Shown here in pieces: positions 12,266-24,562 of a stretch of 64,000 nucleotides of DNA. A program made the position numbers and the translations under genes. Position 1 is the stretch's first letter. Each line of letters opens with the position of its first letter. The notes under the pieces were generated by a model. That model ran no database searches. It was not told the DNA's origin and saw nothing but the letters and a program-made list of their open reading frames with translations. The stretch is from Basidiobolus meristosporus CBS 931.73 (taxonomy: Eukaryota; Fungi; Basidiobolomycota), in contig MCFE01000159.1 of assembly GCA_002104905.1 (NCBI GenBank), forward strand, positions 62,001 to 126,000, read 5' to 3'.

Positions 12266-12727
12266 ATGTCTACTACTACTATTACTGGAATCTTTCCCTC
12301 TGCTGAAAAGTTGGATGGATATAACTACCAAGTGTGGAAGGTGAAGGTGAAGATGAAGATGCTGCTACAAGAAAGTGGCCTTTGGGATACTGTCATGGGA
12401 GAAGAATGCCCTCCTAAAAATGTGGGAGAGGAAGCCTTAAAGTAACAGAAGAAAGAACAAAGTGCCTTTAACTGCATTTGCCATAATGTTAAAGACAAAC
12501 TGCTAATTCAATGCTCAAGAGCAAAAACGGCAAAGAATGCCTGGAAGGCATTAGAAGACACCTACCAGTCATGTTCAGCTGCTAAGAAAATGTATCTGAG
12601 ATGAAAATTCCTTACTACAAAGATGCTGCCAGGAGAAGAAATGAAAAACCTGATTTAAAAAAATTACCCTGCTGGTGGATGAGATGGAATCTGTGGGCAT
12701 ACCAGCTACTGATGAGGAGGTGATAGT
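12266..12727 (+). pseudogene. Copia gag N-terminal fragment (UBN2/Retrotran_gag_2-like), interrupted by an inverted LTR
   Basis: MSTTTITGIFPSAEKLDGYNYQVWKVKVKMKMLLQESGLWDTV...K*QKKEQSAFNCICHNVKDKLLIQCSRAKTAKNAWKALEDTY...YLR*KFLTTKM; in-frame stops and a frameshift. Confidence 0.9.
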
Positions 12728-13076
12728 TGTTGTAAGAGTCTTGGAGATATTGGAAGTGATTGGGAGGACAACTAGATTATGTGGTTTTCACTTGATGATT
12801 TATTGAATGTAAAAGTAGTATTTATACTTTTACATGGTCTTGGCATAACAAACATGTACAATAGACTAAGGAAGGTCCCAAGAACATGTGTGCAAAGTTT
12901 GGGGCTGTTTGGACAACTTTGAGAATTTTCATGTTCTGGGTACCTGGTATTTTGGTGAAAATATTCCAAGTAAATCCCAACAAGGATTTTGGTCAGTATT
13001 CTCTAGGATTTGAAGGTAATGATCTAATTGACTAAGTTCAGTGAATATTTAGGTGGAATTACAGATTTTTACAACA
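12728..13076 (-). mobile_element. 3' LTR (reverse orientation) of the Copia RT-RNaseH segment
   Basis: 349 bp, TGTTGTAA/TTACAACA ends; on the minus strand it is directly preceded by the polypurine tract GAGTGGGAG (13077-13085). Confidence 0.93.
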
Positions 13077-14644
13077 CTCCCACTCAGCTAAATGTTTATA
13101 CTGACTAGTCCTAATTTTGACCTAAGATATTCAAACTTGTCTCTAGCTAATGGTTTGGTAAATATGTCTGCAATCATCTCTTCTGAACAACAGTAAACTA
13201 AGCTTACTAAGTTATTCTCTATAGCTTCACTAATGAAATGATGTCTAATATCTATGTGCTTAGTTCTACGATGAAAAGTTGGATTTCTACCTAATTGTAT
13301 ACATCCTTAGTTATCTTAAAATGAAGTAATAGGCGTTTTTTGACATAGGCCTAAATCTGTAAAAAGCTTTCTTGATCACATTGCTTGTTTGTAGCTTCAC
13401 AGGCTGTCATATACTCTGCCTCTCTGGTAGAAAGTGCTATGGTTGGTTGCTTTCTTGAATTCCTTGAAATTGCCCCTTTACAGTAATGAAAGGTGTATCC
13501 TGTGGTGGAACTTCTGTCTTCCAAACTCTGTCCCCAATCAGCATCAGAGTATCCCACAAGATCCTGTTCTGAGTCCTTATAAGTGCATTTTAAGCAGATA
13601 TCAGCAGTGCCTTTTAGGTATCAAAAAATCTGCTTAACTGCTGCAATATGATCAGATCCATAATTCTGATTATGTTGGCTGACAACTCCCACTGAATATG
13701 AGATATCTGGACGTGTTTCAAGCATTATATACATCAGACTGCTAACCATAGATTGATAAGGAAAGTCAGGGCTTTCAGATGACACCAAGCTCTCTTGATT
13801 TGGTTGTGTTTTGACCAAGTTTTAAGGTTTGTTTCCATTGGGGTAGCTGCTGGTTTACAGTCTTCCATTTGGTACTTCTTTAGTATATCTTGAATATATC
13901 TGGATTGGCTTAGGGTAATAGTCTGGGTACTTCTGTCTATGGAGAACTTAATCCCTAAGTAGTAACTGAGTTCTCCTAGATTGGGCATCTTGAACTCCTT
14001 GGATAGGCTGGCTTTAGTCACTTCCAATGTTTCTAGGTTATTGGTGGCTATAACAAGATCATCCACATATAGAGCTAATAGAACTGGATTTGCTCTATCT
14101 GGCTTATACTATATACTATAGTCAGCATTACTCCTTTTGAAACTCAAAGATTTCAAATAAGAATCAATCTTGCAATTCCAGGCTCATGGTGATTGTTTAA
14201 GACTGTATAGTGACTTTTCAAGCTTGCAGACCAAATGGGGGCTATCTTGGTCAACAAACCCATCAGGCTGGTCCATATACACGTCCTCATCAAGTTCTCC
14301 ATTCAAAAATGCAGCTTTTACATCCATTAGATGAATAAAAAACTTATATTTGGCTGCAATAGCCAATATTGATCTGATTGCATTAAACTTGGCCACCAGT
14401 GCAAAGGTCTCAGTATATTCAAGTCCTTTTATTTAAGAGTATACTTTGGCCACAAGTCCTGGGGCTATTTAGGGCCCCTTTTACAATCTGGGGTTCATCA
14501 ATATGGACTAAATCGGCATAGGCTAAGTTTGTACACTCATTGATATAGTAATTTGGGCTATTTCTTGTCTGATTGGATCTCCAGGCATTTGATACTGGAA
14601 TGATCACTTCTGGAATATTCCTGGGCACTGTTTTAGACTGAGCC
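13077..14644 (-). pseudogene. Degenerate Copia reverse transcriptase-RNase H with PPT
   Basis: RT motifs MDVKAAFLNGELDEDVYMDQPDGF and LYVDDLVIA; RNase H GYSDADWGQSLEDRSSTTGY...SRKQPTIALSTREAEYM and ADIFTKPL; stops, frameshifts and a deletion at the RT N-terminus. Protease and integrase are absent. Confidence 0.95.
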
Positions 14645-14993
14645 TGTTGTAAAGATTTGGAATTCCACCTAAATATTCACCTAACTTAGTCACTTAGATC
14701 ATTACCTTCAAATCCTAGAGAATACTGACCAAAATCCTTGTTGGGATTTACTTGGAATATTTTCACCAAAATACCAGGTACCCAGAACATGAAAATTCTC
14801 AAAGTTGTCCAAACAGCCCAAAACTTTGCACACATGTTCTTGGGACTTTCCTTAGTCTATTGTACATGTTTGTTATGCCAAGACCATGTAAAAGTATAAA
14901 TACTACCTTTACATTCAATAAATCATCAAGTGAAAACCACATAATCTACTTGTCCTTCCAATCACTTCCAATATCTCCAAGACTCTTACAACA
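14645..14993 (+). mobile_element. Copia LTR, forward orientation, inverted partner of 12728-13076
   Basis: 349 bp; 11 mismatches versus the reverse complement of 12728-13076 by manual alignment (about 97%). Confidence 0.93.
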
Positions 14994-15064
14994 GTAGCCT
15001 GTGGAGCCTCTGAGGAGCAGTGTGGCTAGGAAAGCTTTTTAAAGACTTATGACATGGCCAAAAG

Positions 15065-15620
15065 TGTTGTAATTATTGAGCTTTCACTTAAATGCTCATG
15101 TAACTTAGTAACATAGATCTTGTTCTGTGATTAGCCTTCTGTCCTCACCAAATTACCTGTTGGGATTCACTTGGAGTAATTTCACCAAATTGTCAGGTAC
15201 TTAGATTATGACCTTTCTCAGAGTTTTCCAAGAGACCCCAAGCTTTACACACATATTCTTGGAACCTTCCTTAACAAGCTCTGCATGTTTGTTTGACTTT
15301 CATCATCAAGAGTATAAATACAATACTTTTGATGAATAAATCTACAAGTGAATAACATGCAACTTCTCTAGTTCTCCACATCACTTCCAATGTTCAGGTT
15401 TTATTTACAATATGTTCCCCAAACATGTTATTTCTCAAAGCTTTCCAAACAGCCCCGTATTTGCACTTGAGACCTTCCTCAGCATGTTTCATATTCTTTT
15501 GTTGCCAAGACCATGTAAGAGTATAAATACTACTTGTATGCTCAATAAGTCATGAGGTGAGAACCATATCATCCACTTCTACTGCCAGTTGCTTGCAGTG
15601 TCTCCAAAACTCCTATAACA
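15065..15620 (+). repeat. Two older, diverged LTR copies in tandem (15065-15412 full length, 15413-15620 3' part)
   Basis: TGTTGTAATT...TTACAATA with recognisable internal blocks (GTTGGGATTCACTTGGAGTAATTTCACCAAA; GTATAAATAC; TCACTTCCAAT); the second piece retains GCCAAGACCATGTAAGAGTATAAATACTAC. Confidence 0.75.
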
Positions 15621-15823
15621 GTCTATTTTTTGAGAGGTCTGAAGTACCTTACACAATAGATGCCATTGCTCACTAAGGCATCATCTTCTTCCTTCTTGTT
15701 GGGGCTTGATATTCTTCATTTTTCATCTAAAAGACCTTCATTTACAAAATTTAAAGTCAGATCCTCAGTTCTGGACTTGTGGGATGATACAAGGCCATGA
15801 AATCTCTCTGTCAAGCTATTCAG

Positions 15824-16154
15824 TGTTGTAAGAGGCTTGGGGATATTGGAAGTGACTGGGAGATAAGTAGATTATGGGGTTGTCACTTAATGATTTATTT
15901 AATGTAAAAGTAGTATTTATACTTTTACATGGTCTTGGCATAACAAACACAAAGAATAGACTTAGGAAGGTCCCAAGAGCATGTGTACAAAGTTTGTGGC
16001 TGTTTGAACAACTTACCTAATTTTCATGTTCTGGGTAAATATTCTAAGTAAATCCCAAGAAGGATTTTAGTCAGTATTCCCTGAGATTTGAAGGTAATGA
16101 TCTTAGTGACTAAGTTAGGTGAATATTTAGGTGGAATTACGAATTTTTACAACA
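15824..16154 (-). mobile_element. Solo LTR with intact 5-bp target-site duplication
   Basis: TGTTGTAAG...TTTTACAACA flanked by TTCAG at 15819-15823 and 16155-16159. Confidence 0.93.
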
Positions 16155-17058
16155 TTCAGGAGGGTAACTATCTCATCCACATCAGTGGTTTGAACTCCCA
16201 CTGATTCCAATTAAGAACTTTAAGCATATATGCACAACTAGATGCAAGATTGCAATAGGAAGTTCTCACTTGTTGACAATGTCTTGAAAAGAAACACCCT
16301 AGACAATAGCTGTAACTTAGGAATTAGTTAGATGATGTCTTGAAATAAATAAATAAATGATCCAGATACTAAAGTAAGCAGTCTTGCTTTCATGCACAAA
16401 CATCCACACTGTAAGCAATGTCTTAGGTCTTTACCTATACTAAATATTTTTATATATCTATGTGCTTGTTTCTATCAAAGTGAGTGCATACCTAACACAT
16501 CAAAAAGTGGCCCAGATGTATAGGCAGCTTGAAGCCAGCCAGCTTGTATACCCCTGTTGGATCTGTGCCTGCCCTAGAGCAAGCATTTATACTACTTGAA
16601 GCGCATGCTTTATCTAACTAATGAAAAGCACCTTATTTCAATTTGCAAAGCTACCACTAGTCCATACCCTTTTCCAGCAGGATTCCGATTGTTTAGGCTC
16701 AAATTATAAGTATCCTTACTACATTTGGGCTTACTTTATTAACCTACAACTAAGCGGACTCAACACACCAATTGGGTAATATGTCTAAGCATTGATCGAT
16801 CTCAGATGGCTTCTTTGTTCTATTTAAGGACTAGTTTTAAGCCAGTGCAGAGGTTGTAGCTACTTGACACCATTTCCTCCTCTCATTGTTCCCCTCTGAT
16901 CTAAATCCTAGACCGAATATTCAATACAACTTGTATATGATTTTACTCAAATGAATATGATTTACGAATAATGCATCAAATATTACCACATCAACTTTAT
17001 TCAAAATCATTGTGATGCCAAGGTTTAGCATACAGCCAAGTGAAGTTAGAAATAGAGT

Positions 17059-17676
17059 CTAATGTGGTATCATGTCCGAGCCATACCCAGTCTCGTACCC
17101 ACCTTTTGGAACCGAAATGCCACCATAATTTCCGGCTGGTTCCTTATTCCCGGGAAATGCGCCATCCCCCATCCCAGATTCCCCTTCTATTTGTCTATCT
17201 CCTTTTCCACAAGTCGAGGTGCAGTAGTAGTATTCACTTTGACATAAGCGAATACAGAACGCGTCACCATCACACTTGGGTGTGCAACTGTGCTGATTTA
17301 TTGCGCACTCTCGGTGGTACTCGGCGCACTCCTTGCTCCCTGCACCTGGCATTGGACCCAGTTTTTGGAACGGTGAGTAACATTGTTTGAACTTATCATA
17401 GGCGGATCCCACATCCCCTCCTTCTCCACCAGGCCCTCCCTCTCCTTCAGAGTATCTATCACCTTTGCCGCAGGTTGAAAGGCATTTAAAGTGGTAGCCA
17501 TTGCACTTCGCGACACAGAAACTGTCCCCCTGGCACAAAGGCAAACAACTCTGATGGGCTAGCCCACAGCGATGATGAAAGGCTGCACACTCAGGAGTAT
17601 TTGCACCGGGTATTGGTGGTAACTTCTTTGCTAGTACGCCATTCAGAGCAATAAGGGCAACGAGTAACGCAAGCAT
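17059..17676 (-). CDS. Small secreted cysteine-rich protein (205 aa) with two 8-Cys repeats
   Basis: ATG 17676 MLALLVALIALNGVLA signal peptide; two units with identical spacing C-x6-C-x6-C-x3-C-x5-C-x3-C-x6-C-x3-C, each ending STCGKGDR. The upstream in-frame extension to 17898 looks non-coding. Confidence 0.85.
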   Translation of the reverse strand: MLALLVALIALNGVLAKKLPPIPGANTPECAAFHHRCGLAHQSCLPLCQGDSFCVAKCNGYHFKCLSTCGKGDRYSEGEGGPGGEGGDVGSAYDKFKQCYSPFQKLGPMPGAGSKECAEYHRECAINQHSCTPKCDGDAFCIRLCQSEYYYCTSTCGKGDRQIEGESGMGDGAFPGNKEPAGNYGGISVPKGGYETGYGSDMIPH

Positions 17677-20000
17677 TGCGGAAGAGCAGCGGGAGATGTA
17701 CTGTACGTATTTGAAGGGACTATGACGATTATATACAAACCTGGATAGCGTTAGTCCAGCAGGAGTGAAACAGCTCAAGCGCCTTTGGAGTAAGCATCCG
17801 TTCACCAGACAAGCCCTGTATTGCATGAAACAAATCGACCGCATGGTTTGGACAATGCTGGAGATATGCTTGGTTGAGATATTTGCGGCTATAAACATGT
17901 TCCATCACAAAACCTCTTAGTGGATTGATTTCTATGTTCAACCAGACTGTACTCACCAATGTATAGTTTTATCACCCCGTGATCCTTCACGGGTGCTTTG
18001 CTCTTCCTTTAGCTCCCCTCTGACTACATAGGTGCCTTGCTATAATGAGTGAAAAATCGAATCATGAGTAGTAGAGGTATACATCCAAGACGGACTTTTC
18101 CTAATGATTTCAATTTGTAATATATGGCTAAAAGACCATTTTGTAACTTTGAGAGACCACTTTTAAGCGGACCTTGTTCACTAGAGGGTGTACGCCTGAA
18201 ACTAAGCTCTTGTATTGTAAGAGCGGTGGTCAATTCACCTTTCAGCATGTGACCTGGTTGGCGTACTATTTTCTTCGAAGCCCTCGATATGGCACGGATT
18301 TGCGCAGTGACCAATTGCCCATACGTACATGTTTAGAGATATATTGGCATCGATAGGACCGGAAATCAAACTTGTAGATGTGATGGAATAGGTAAAAAAC
18401 ACCTTGGTGTTTGGAAATAGCCCTAATCGCACTCAGAAGCTCCACTTTCGGCAACGGAGAACTGGTAGTATATTGTGCACGCTTAAGGTAAGTGGCAATA
18501 ACCATGTATTTCGGGAAATTTCCATCGCTTTGAGGCGAACTTCTATTGGAGAACAAATGCATAGAGCGGCTGATCCAAGAGCGAAGCTGGTGCATCATGG
18601 TCAAAACTCCAAATAATGCAAGAATAGTTGTTTGTTTCTAGTCTATTTTAAAACTAGTCATTAAACAGCCCGGCCAATCGATTTCGATCTATCTCCTGTC
18701 ACATGACGTGTTACATGAAACAACAGCCTAATCACTCAGCAACTGTTGTTTATTCAAATCCCTTCACTATACGTTGGGTACAGCTCTAATAGCCCGTAAC
18801 AAGGCCTCTTTACCTCTGAAGGCTATTCATTCAATAAGGCCACATCACTTTGCTTATTTGTAAGTCTGTGCAGGTCAGTGTTGAAACTAGACTGACCAAT
18901 AATATGACATCGCCAACAGGTGTATTTATAATCGGCCTTGTATAGCATATTTGGAACACACTTTGATTGTTGAGTATGTGATGCGCTAAGGCTAATGGCC
19001 TAATCCCCCCAGTAAATAAATGATGACTTGAACTTGCGTTTTGGCTTCATTAATATTTCGAGATGAAAAGATTCCCTTTGTGAACAGATTCAGCCTAGTC
19101 GGAAAAGCTTCAATTAAAGCGAATGGCTGGTATTGCGCCAAACTATGCATCTATCACCATTAGCCCCTAGGTTTACACTCGTTTCCAAGATTATCCGCAT
19201 AGTAGCTTCAATATGGCTCTGAAAAGGATCCAGCGGAAATATAGATTGAAAGGCGCGCTCTCCTAAACAATCCCGACATTCTTGGAAGCTCTGAATCCCA
19301 CTTTCTTGGCAGACTGCTCAGCCAAAAACTCAACTTCCTTGGAACACACTGGCCACTCAGCACACTCCAGGTATTTGAATTCAAGCCATGATTGCAAAAC
19401 TATATTCTTGAAATCGGTGACAATCACAGATCGACGCATGATCGGCTGCAGTTGTTGCATTCAATTTCGCGAGGTACGCCGGCCTGTCTAAGAGCTTGGC
19501 CTTGATCCTTCTTGGGTAGGACTACTGGGCAACCTGATCCGTGTTCTATCCTGCTGACATTTTCGTAATTTCATGCGTTGAGAAGCCCGCACCTGACTAA
19601 TAGACAGCATATGAAATGCAAGCCTACTGATGACCCCAAGCTATACACATTGCACTGCGATGATGCCTACAGTATTCCATTCGCAAGGCACTGTTGAGAG
19701 TAGAATCACCATTTCTTCGTCATTGACAGGCGTTAGATTTTGGAGATGGAAACTGATTCAAGCCCTATTGACATTATCCCACTCCTACACAAAAAGCTCG
19801 GATATCCAAGCAAGCTTGATGTTGAAAGATTTTTATTGGTCTAGATGCTGAGACCTATAGTACATATTTCCAGATATCCGGAACTTCTTTGGCAATAAGA
19901 AGTTCTACAGCTAGTGGGTTAAGGGGAATTTAGATCTATCATCGCATAACGGAATGTGAGACTAGGGCTACAAAGGACTCGTTCCTTGCGAAGCTTTAAC

Positions 20001-22946
20001 TTATTGCTTCGACTGCAACTCGGCGATCCTGTTCAATGCCGAGCCAGCCTTGAACCACTCGATTTGATCTAAGCTCATGGTGTGCTGGCACTTGATCTCA
20101 ACTGGTTTATCATTCTCGTTCCTGCGCACCTTGAGTACAACGGGTTTACCGGCTTGAAGATCAGCAACACCTGAGGTATCGACAATGGCCCCACCGGACA
20201 AAAGATCATAGTCTGCTTCATTGACGAATGTGAGAGGTAGAATGCCCTGCTTCTTCAAGTTGGTTTCGTGAATTCTGGCAAATGACTTGGTGACAATCAA
20301 TGGGCATCCAAGATAACGTGGCTGCATGGCTGCGTGCTCACGAGCAGATCCCTCTCCGTAGTTATGCTACAATTACTCATATCAGTAATCAACTTCTCAC
20401 TTGGCAAGTTCAACAGTACATACATCAGCAACGACCATCCAAGATATTCCCTTGGCCTTGTAATCTCTGGCAACATCAGGAATACTTCCCTCCTGAATGA
20501 AATCGACCATTAATGAGGATTATTTTAACTAGTTGAGTGGTAAATTGTGCTTACTGTGCCGTCAGTGAGGTTATTCACAACATTCACTTGGTTGTTATCG
20601 GCGTTCAGAGCACCAATTAGTGTGTTGTTGGCGATATTCTCCAAATGGCCCTTATATTTAAGCCATGGTCCAGCAGCACTTTTCCAAAGGGATTAATTTT
20701 CGTCATAAGTAGGGCAATTCAGCAAATTCTTACCTGATATGATCTGTAGTGCACTTTCCTTTGACCTTTACCAACACTCTCAAGTCTTTGAATTCTTTAC
20801 CATCCCATGGAGAGAATGGTTCAAGTAGCTGCAAACGACTGGATTTAGGGTCGACGGTGATTTGCACGTTCTCATCACAGTCAGAATTGGGCTGGAAGGT
20901 GTCACGGCCTGTGTGCGGAGCATAAGTATATAATCTTCGTCATCATGATGCCCAAGCATGCAGTTACCTTGATCGAAACCTTCCTGTGGCAACTCATCTC
21001 CATATGGAGACTCTAGCTTAAATGCGTTTCCATCCTTGTCCAACAAGGAGTCAGTGGCAGGGTTGAAGGACAGGCGGCCAGCAAGGGTCATGGCGGTTAC
21101 AACCTTGAGGGTTAACAGGAGTATCAGCACTGGCTTCTGGAAAGACCTGGCAGTCGGTACTTACCTCTGGTGAGGCCAAGAAGTTCATGGTCTTAGGATT
21201 ACCGTCATTTCTACTACGGAAGTTTCTGTTGAAAGAGGTGACAATGGAATTCTCCTCATTTTGGTAATCGGTACGGTTCCATTGGCCAATGCAAGGCCCG
21301 CAAGCATTAGCTAGAACCTTGCCACCTACAGCTTCCAAAACATCAGTTTGGCCATCTCTTGCAATTGTTGCTCTAATCTGCTCGGATCCGGGGGTGACGA
21401 AGAAATCCGACTTGGCTTTGATTCCCTTCTCGATAGCCTGGCGAGCAATGGAAGCCACTCTCGACATGTCTTGGTAACTACTGTTTGTGCAACTTCCAAT
21501 CAAGCCCGCCTTGACCTCGTCTTTCCACCCGTTCTCTTTGATGGCTTCCTTGAACTTGGACAAGGGGAAGGATAGATCAGGAGTAAATGGACCATTGATA
21601 TGAGGCTCCAATTTGCTCAAGTCAACCTCAATCACCTTGTCGTAGTATCTTTCAGGGTCAGCATGGACTTCAGGGTCAGCTCTTAGCAAATTGTGCTGGG
21701 CAAGTGCCTGATCAGCGGCTTCAGCTACAGGTGCGCGACGTGTGGCACGTAGATAGCGGGCCATGCTTGGAGAATAGGGGAATACCGAGGTGGTAGCACC
21801 AATCTAATGCGAACAAGTTAGTGATCATCTCGTGAAGCCAACTCAGAATAAGAGTAACCTACTTCCGCACCCATGTTACAGATAGTGGCCATTCCGGTAC
21901 AAGAGAGAGATTCAGTTCCTTCTCCGAAATACTCCACAATATGGCCAGTGCCTCCCTTTGAAGAACAATATTAGATCGCCTTCCTAAATACCCATACACG
22001 CAACACTTACTCTGACTGTGAGTTGACCAGCCAAGTGCAAAATCACATCTTTGGGACTAGTCCAGGCATTCAACTTGCCGTTCAATTTAACACCGATAAC
22101 TTTAGGTGCCTTCAACTCCCAAGGGATGTCAGCCATAGCATCAACGGCATCAGCACCACCTACTCCGATAGCCAGCATGCCCAAACCTCCGGCATTTGGA
22201 GTATGGGAATCGGTACCCAACATCAGAATACCAGGGGCAGCATAATTTTCCAACACAATTTGATGGATGATGCCACTTCCGGGTTTCCAGAACTCAATTC
22301 CGTATTTCTTAGCAGCACTTTCGAGGAAATCAAAGATCTCCTTGTTGGTGACTAGTGCACTTTCGACATCTTTGTCGGCACCTTGAAAGGCCTCGATGAG
22401 ATGATCGCAATGAATAGAACTGGGTACGGCAGTAGTTTTCATTCCAGAGAGCATAAATTGCAGCAAGGCCATTTGTGCGGAAGCATCTATTTCATGTAAG
22501 TCAGCTACTAGCATATAATCAAACAGTCCAGTTAAACCCACCCTGCATTGCCACACGATCTAATATTAAGAAAAAATTAGCGCCAACCCCGCGAGTTGAA
22601 GTTCACAAAAAACCAACCTGGCTTTAGCTTCAAATAAGTCTCTCCCTTCTTTGGAACGCCCTCAGTTGGATCATTCAGATGCGAATAGAGGATCTTCTCT
22701 GCCAAAGTGAGCTTCTGTCCGTTGGAATTCTTACGGACTTGCTCCAAATTCTTTGTTAGTTTATCGTAGGCGGGCACCAAACGGGAACAATCCTTAGGAG
22801 TCGGTACTTTGACGTGGGTAGCCAAGTTACGAGCACCCTAGGTTCACAAGGGTAAAACAAGTTGATCAGTACGTGGCGGACTTGTTGGATGGTTCAAAGA
22901 CACTTACTCCTATGGAATTTCGAAGATTCAACAGCTTAACTACCAT
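20001..22946 (-). CDS. ACO2: Mitochondrial aconitase family protein, Aco2/AcoB type, multi-exon
   Basis: [94 protein letters not shown] and FDFLES resemble yeast Aco2 more than Aco1 as I recall them. About ten GT-AG introns. Confidence 0.9.
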
Positions 22947-24562
22947 GATAGTTAGGGAATAATAGCTATGCTGAGAAGAAAGAGTGCTTCAAAGTAAGTG
23001 ACCCTCGATGTATTTAAATGCCCCAATAGGCATTTATGGAAACACCTTTTGTTTCAACAGTAATATGATCCGACTTACCCCACAGAATTGCACACCGAAG
23101 ATACCTTCTGTAAGGTTGTAATAAATAGTCATTCTCAGTCATTTCCATATAAGGGATCCTGGGTTCCACGATCAACTTCCAATGCTTTGACCGTGACTAC
23201 AGATTCCTCCCGCATACATGTCCCAAGTTAGTATATCACCATCCTTACATGTCATGTGTATGTGGAAGCTTGCCTTACTACTTATTACATCGTTGTCGAC
23301 GCTTGATGCTTGGATCGCTTTAATGGGCACAACTGGGATGGATCCGAGTGCAATTGGATGCGCATATGTGCCCCGCCTTTCATACAACAACTGAAGTTGC
23401 AGTGATATGGTCAGAAGCGCAACGCACTAGATTGGGACATCTGATGAATGATAATGAATGATTCATCAGTGGATCACGATGACTCCTATTTGTGTATAGG
23501 CCATCCTTATATCCATCCACTGATATTCCGAGATGTGACACCAAATGATTATTATGAAACAGACTGATATACCTAATGGAAATCAAGTAGGATAGTCTTA
23601 AAATCAGATGTGACAATTTGAGGAGGAAAATATTCAAAAAATCACTGGCATTAACCCCATCCAAACTCTGCGACAGAAGGATGAAATCCAGATGGGCAGA
23701 CCATATTGGAGCACCTCGAATCTGCACCAATCGCTACATTAACAAAGCGACATCCTAGCAATACTTGCCTGAGCATTAATTATGCACAGTGTAGTTATGG
23801 GTGTTCGATTTACTTCAAAATGCATGACAGCGAAGTCCAGAACACTGTGTTAGCACATTATTTTGGATCAGTGGGCTTGATCAAAGCATTACAGCATGAC
23901 ATCCACCGGTGCAGGCCGTATAAAGACATGGGGTTATTGTCAATTTATTCAAATTTGTAGCATAAACTAGTAGGTTCTGAAGAAACCAGAAGGTTACCGC
24001 AAACACCTTTTTATACGAAACCAGCGATTGCAAAATCTCGATTTCGGGATATATATCAGATAATCAAATCTGTGATGCAGTTCTTCCATTGGCCATGAAT
24101 ATCGAAAATTCATATTAAGCCATGCAATTTCACCGACCAAAGTTCATACTTGGTCTAAATCTTGGATTGCAGAAATTTGGGTTAATATTCTCAATTGCAA
24201 AGATGCAGTCTTGCACTTTGGGCAATAGATTTCGGTAGATATCTGTTATTGCTACCCTTGAGTTGGATAATGTTTATACCAATGAATTGTTTGGCTGGTT
24301 TGGATATTCCAGGGATCTTTAGATTTATGGGCTTTGTCTGAATATACAGGGCAATCACCCAATGTTGGCTATGGAACGAAAGATCTCATAATTCAAGCTA
24401 TTTGTGGAATTTTCTCAATTCCGACCTTTGTGCGACGCCACCTATACTTCTTGTTGCAAATACATCGCAATGAACGTATATAAAAACGCGAGTGCTTGTA
24501 GTGCTTTCCATCAGTTCACGGCGAACAATACATACTTCCGAAATTCGCAAAAGGTTGATACC

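Larger units (their letters stand above)
11635..16154. mobile_element. Nested and rearranged cluster of degenerate Ty1/Copia LTR-retrotransposon pieces (one family, about 349-bp LTR)
   Basis: Eight full, partial or miniature copies of an LTR with TGTTGTAA...TTACAACA ends, plus a gag fragment, an RT-RNaseH fragment, PBS and PPT; stops, frameshifts and strong CpG depletion. Confidence 0.95.

Noticed and set aside
11993-14997. Three near-identical ORFs starting MEYFHQNTRYPEHENSQSCPN
   Set aside because: They are translations of the repeated LTR, begin at TTG and have no coding signature; explained by LTR identity.
16706-16714. GTATCCTTA, a U12 GT-AG donor-like motif
   Set aside because: Intergenic, CpG-poor context with no upstream exon and no TCCTTAAC branch point downstream.
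18024-19851. Scattered short ORFs between the Cys-rich gene and aconitase
   Set aside because: Overlapping frames on both strands, no family motif, and no coherent gene model could be built.
23172-23960. ORFs of 72-116 aa in the ACO2-DAL2 divergent intergenic region
   Set aside because: Non-ATG starts and no recognisable homology; may be pseudogene debris.
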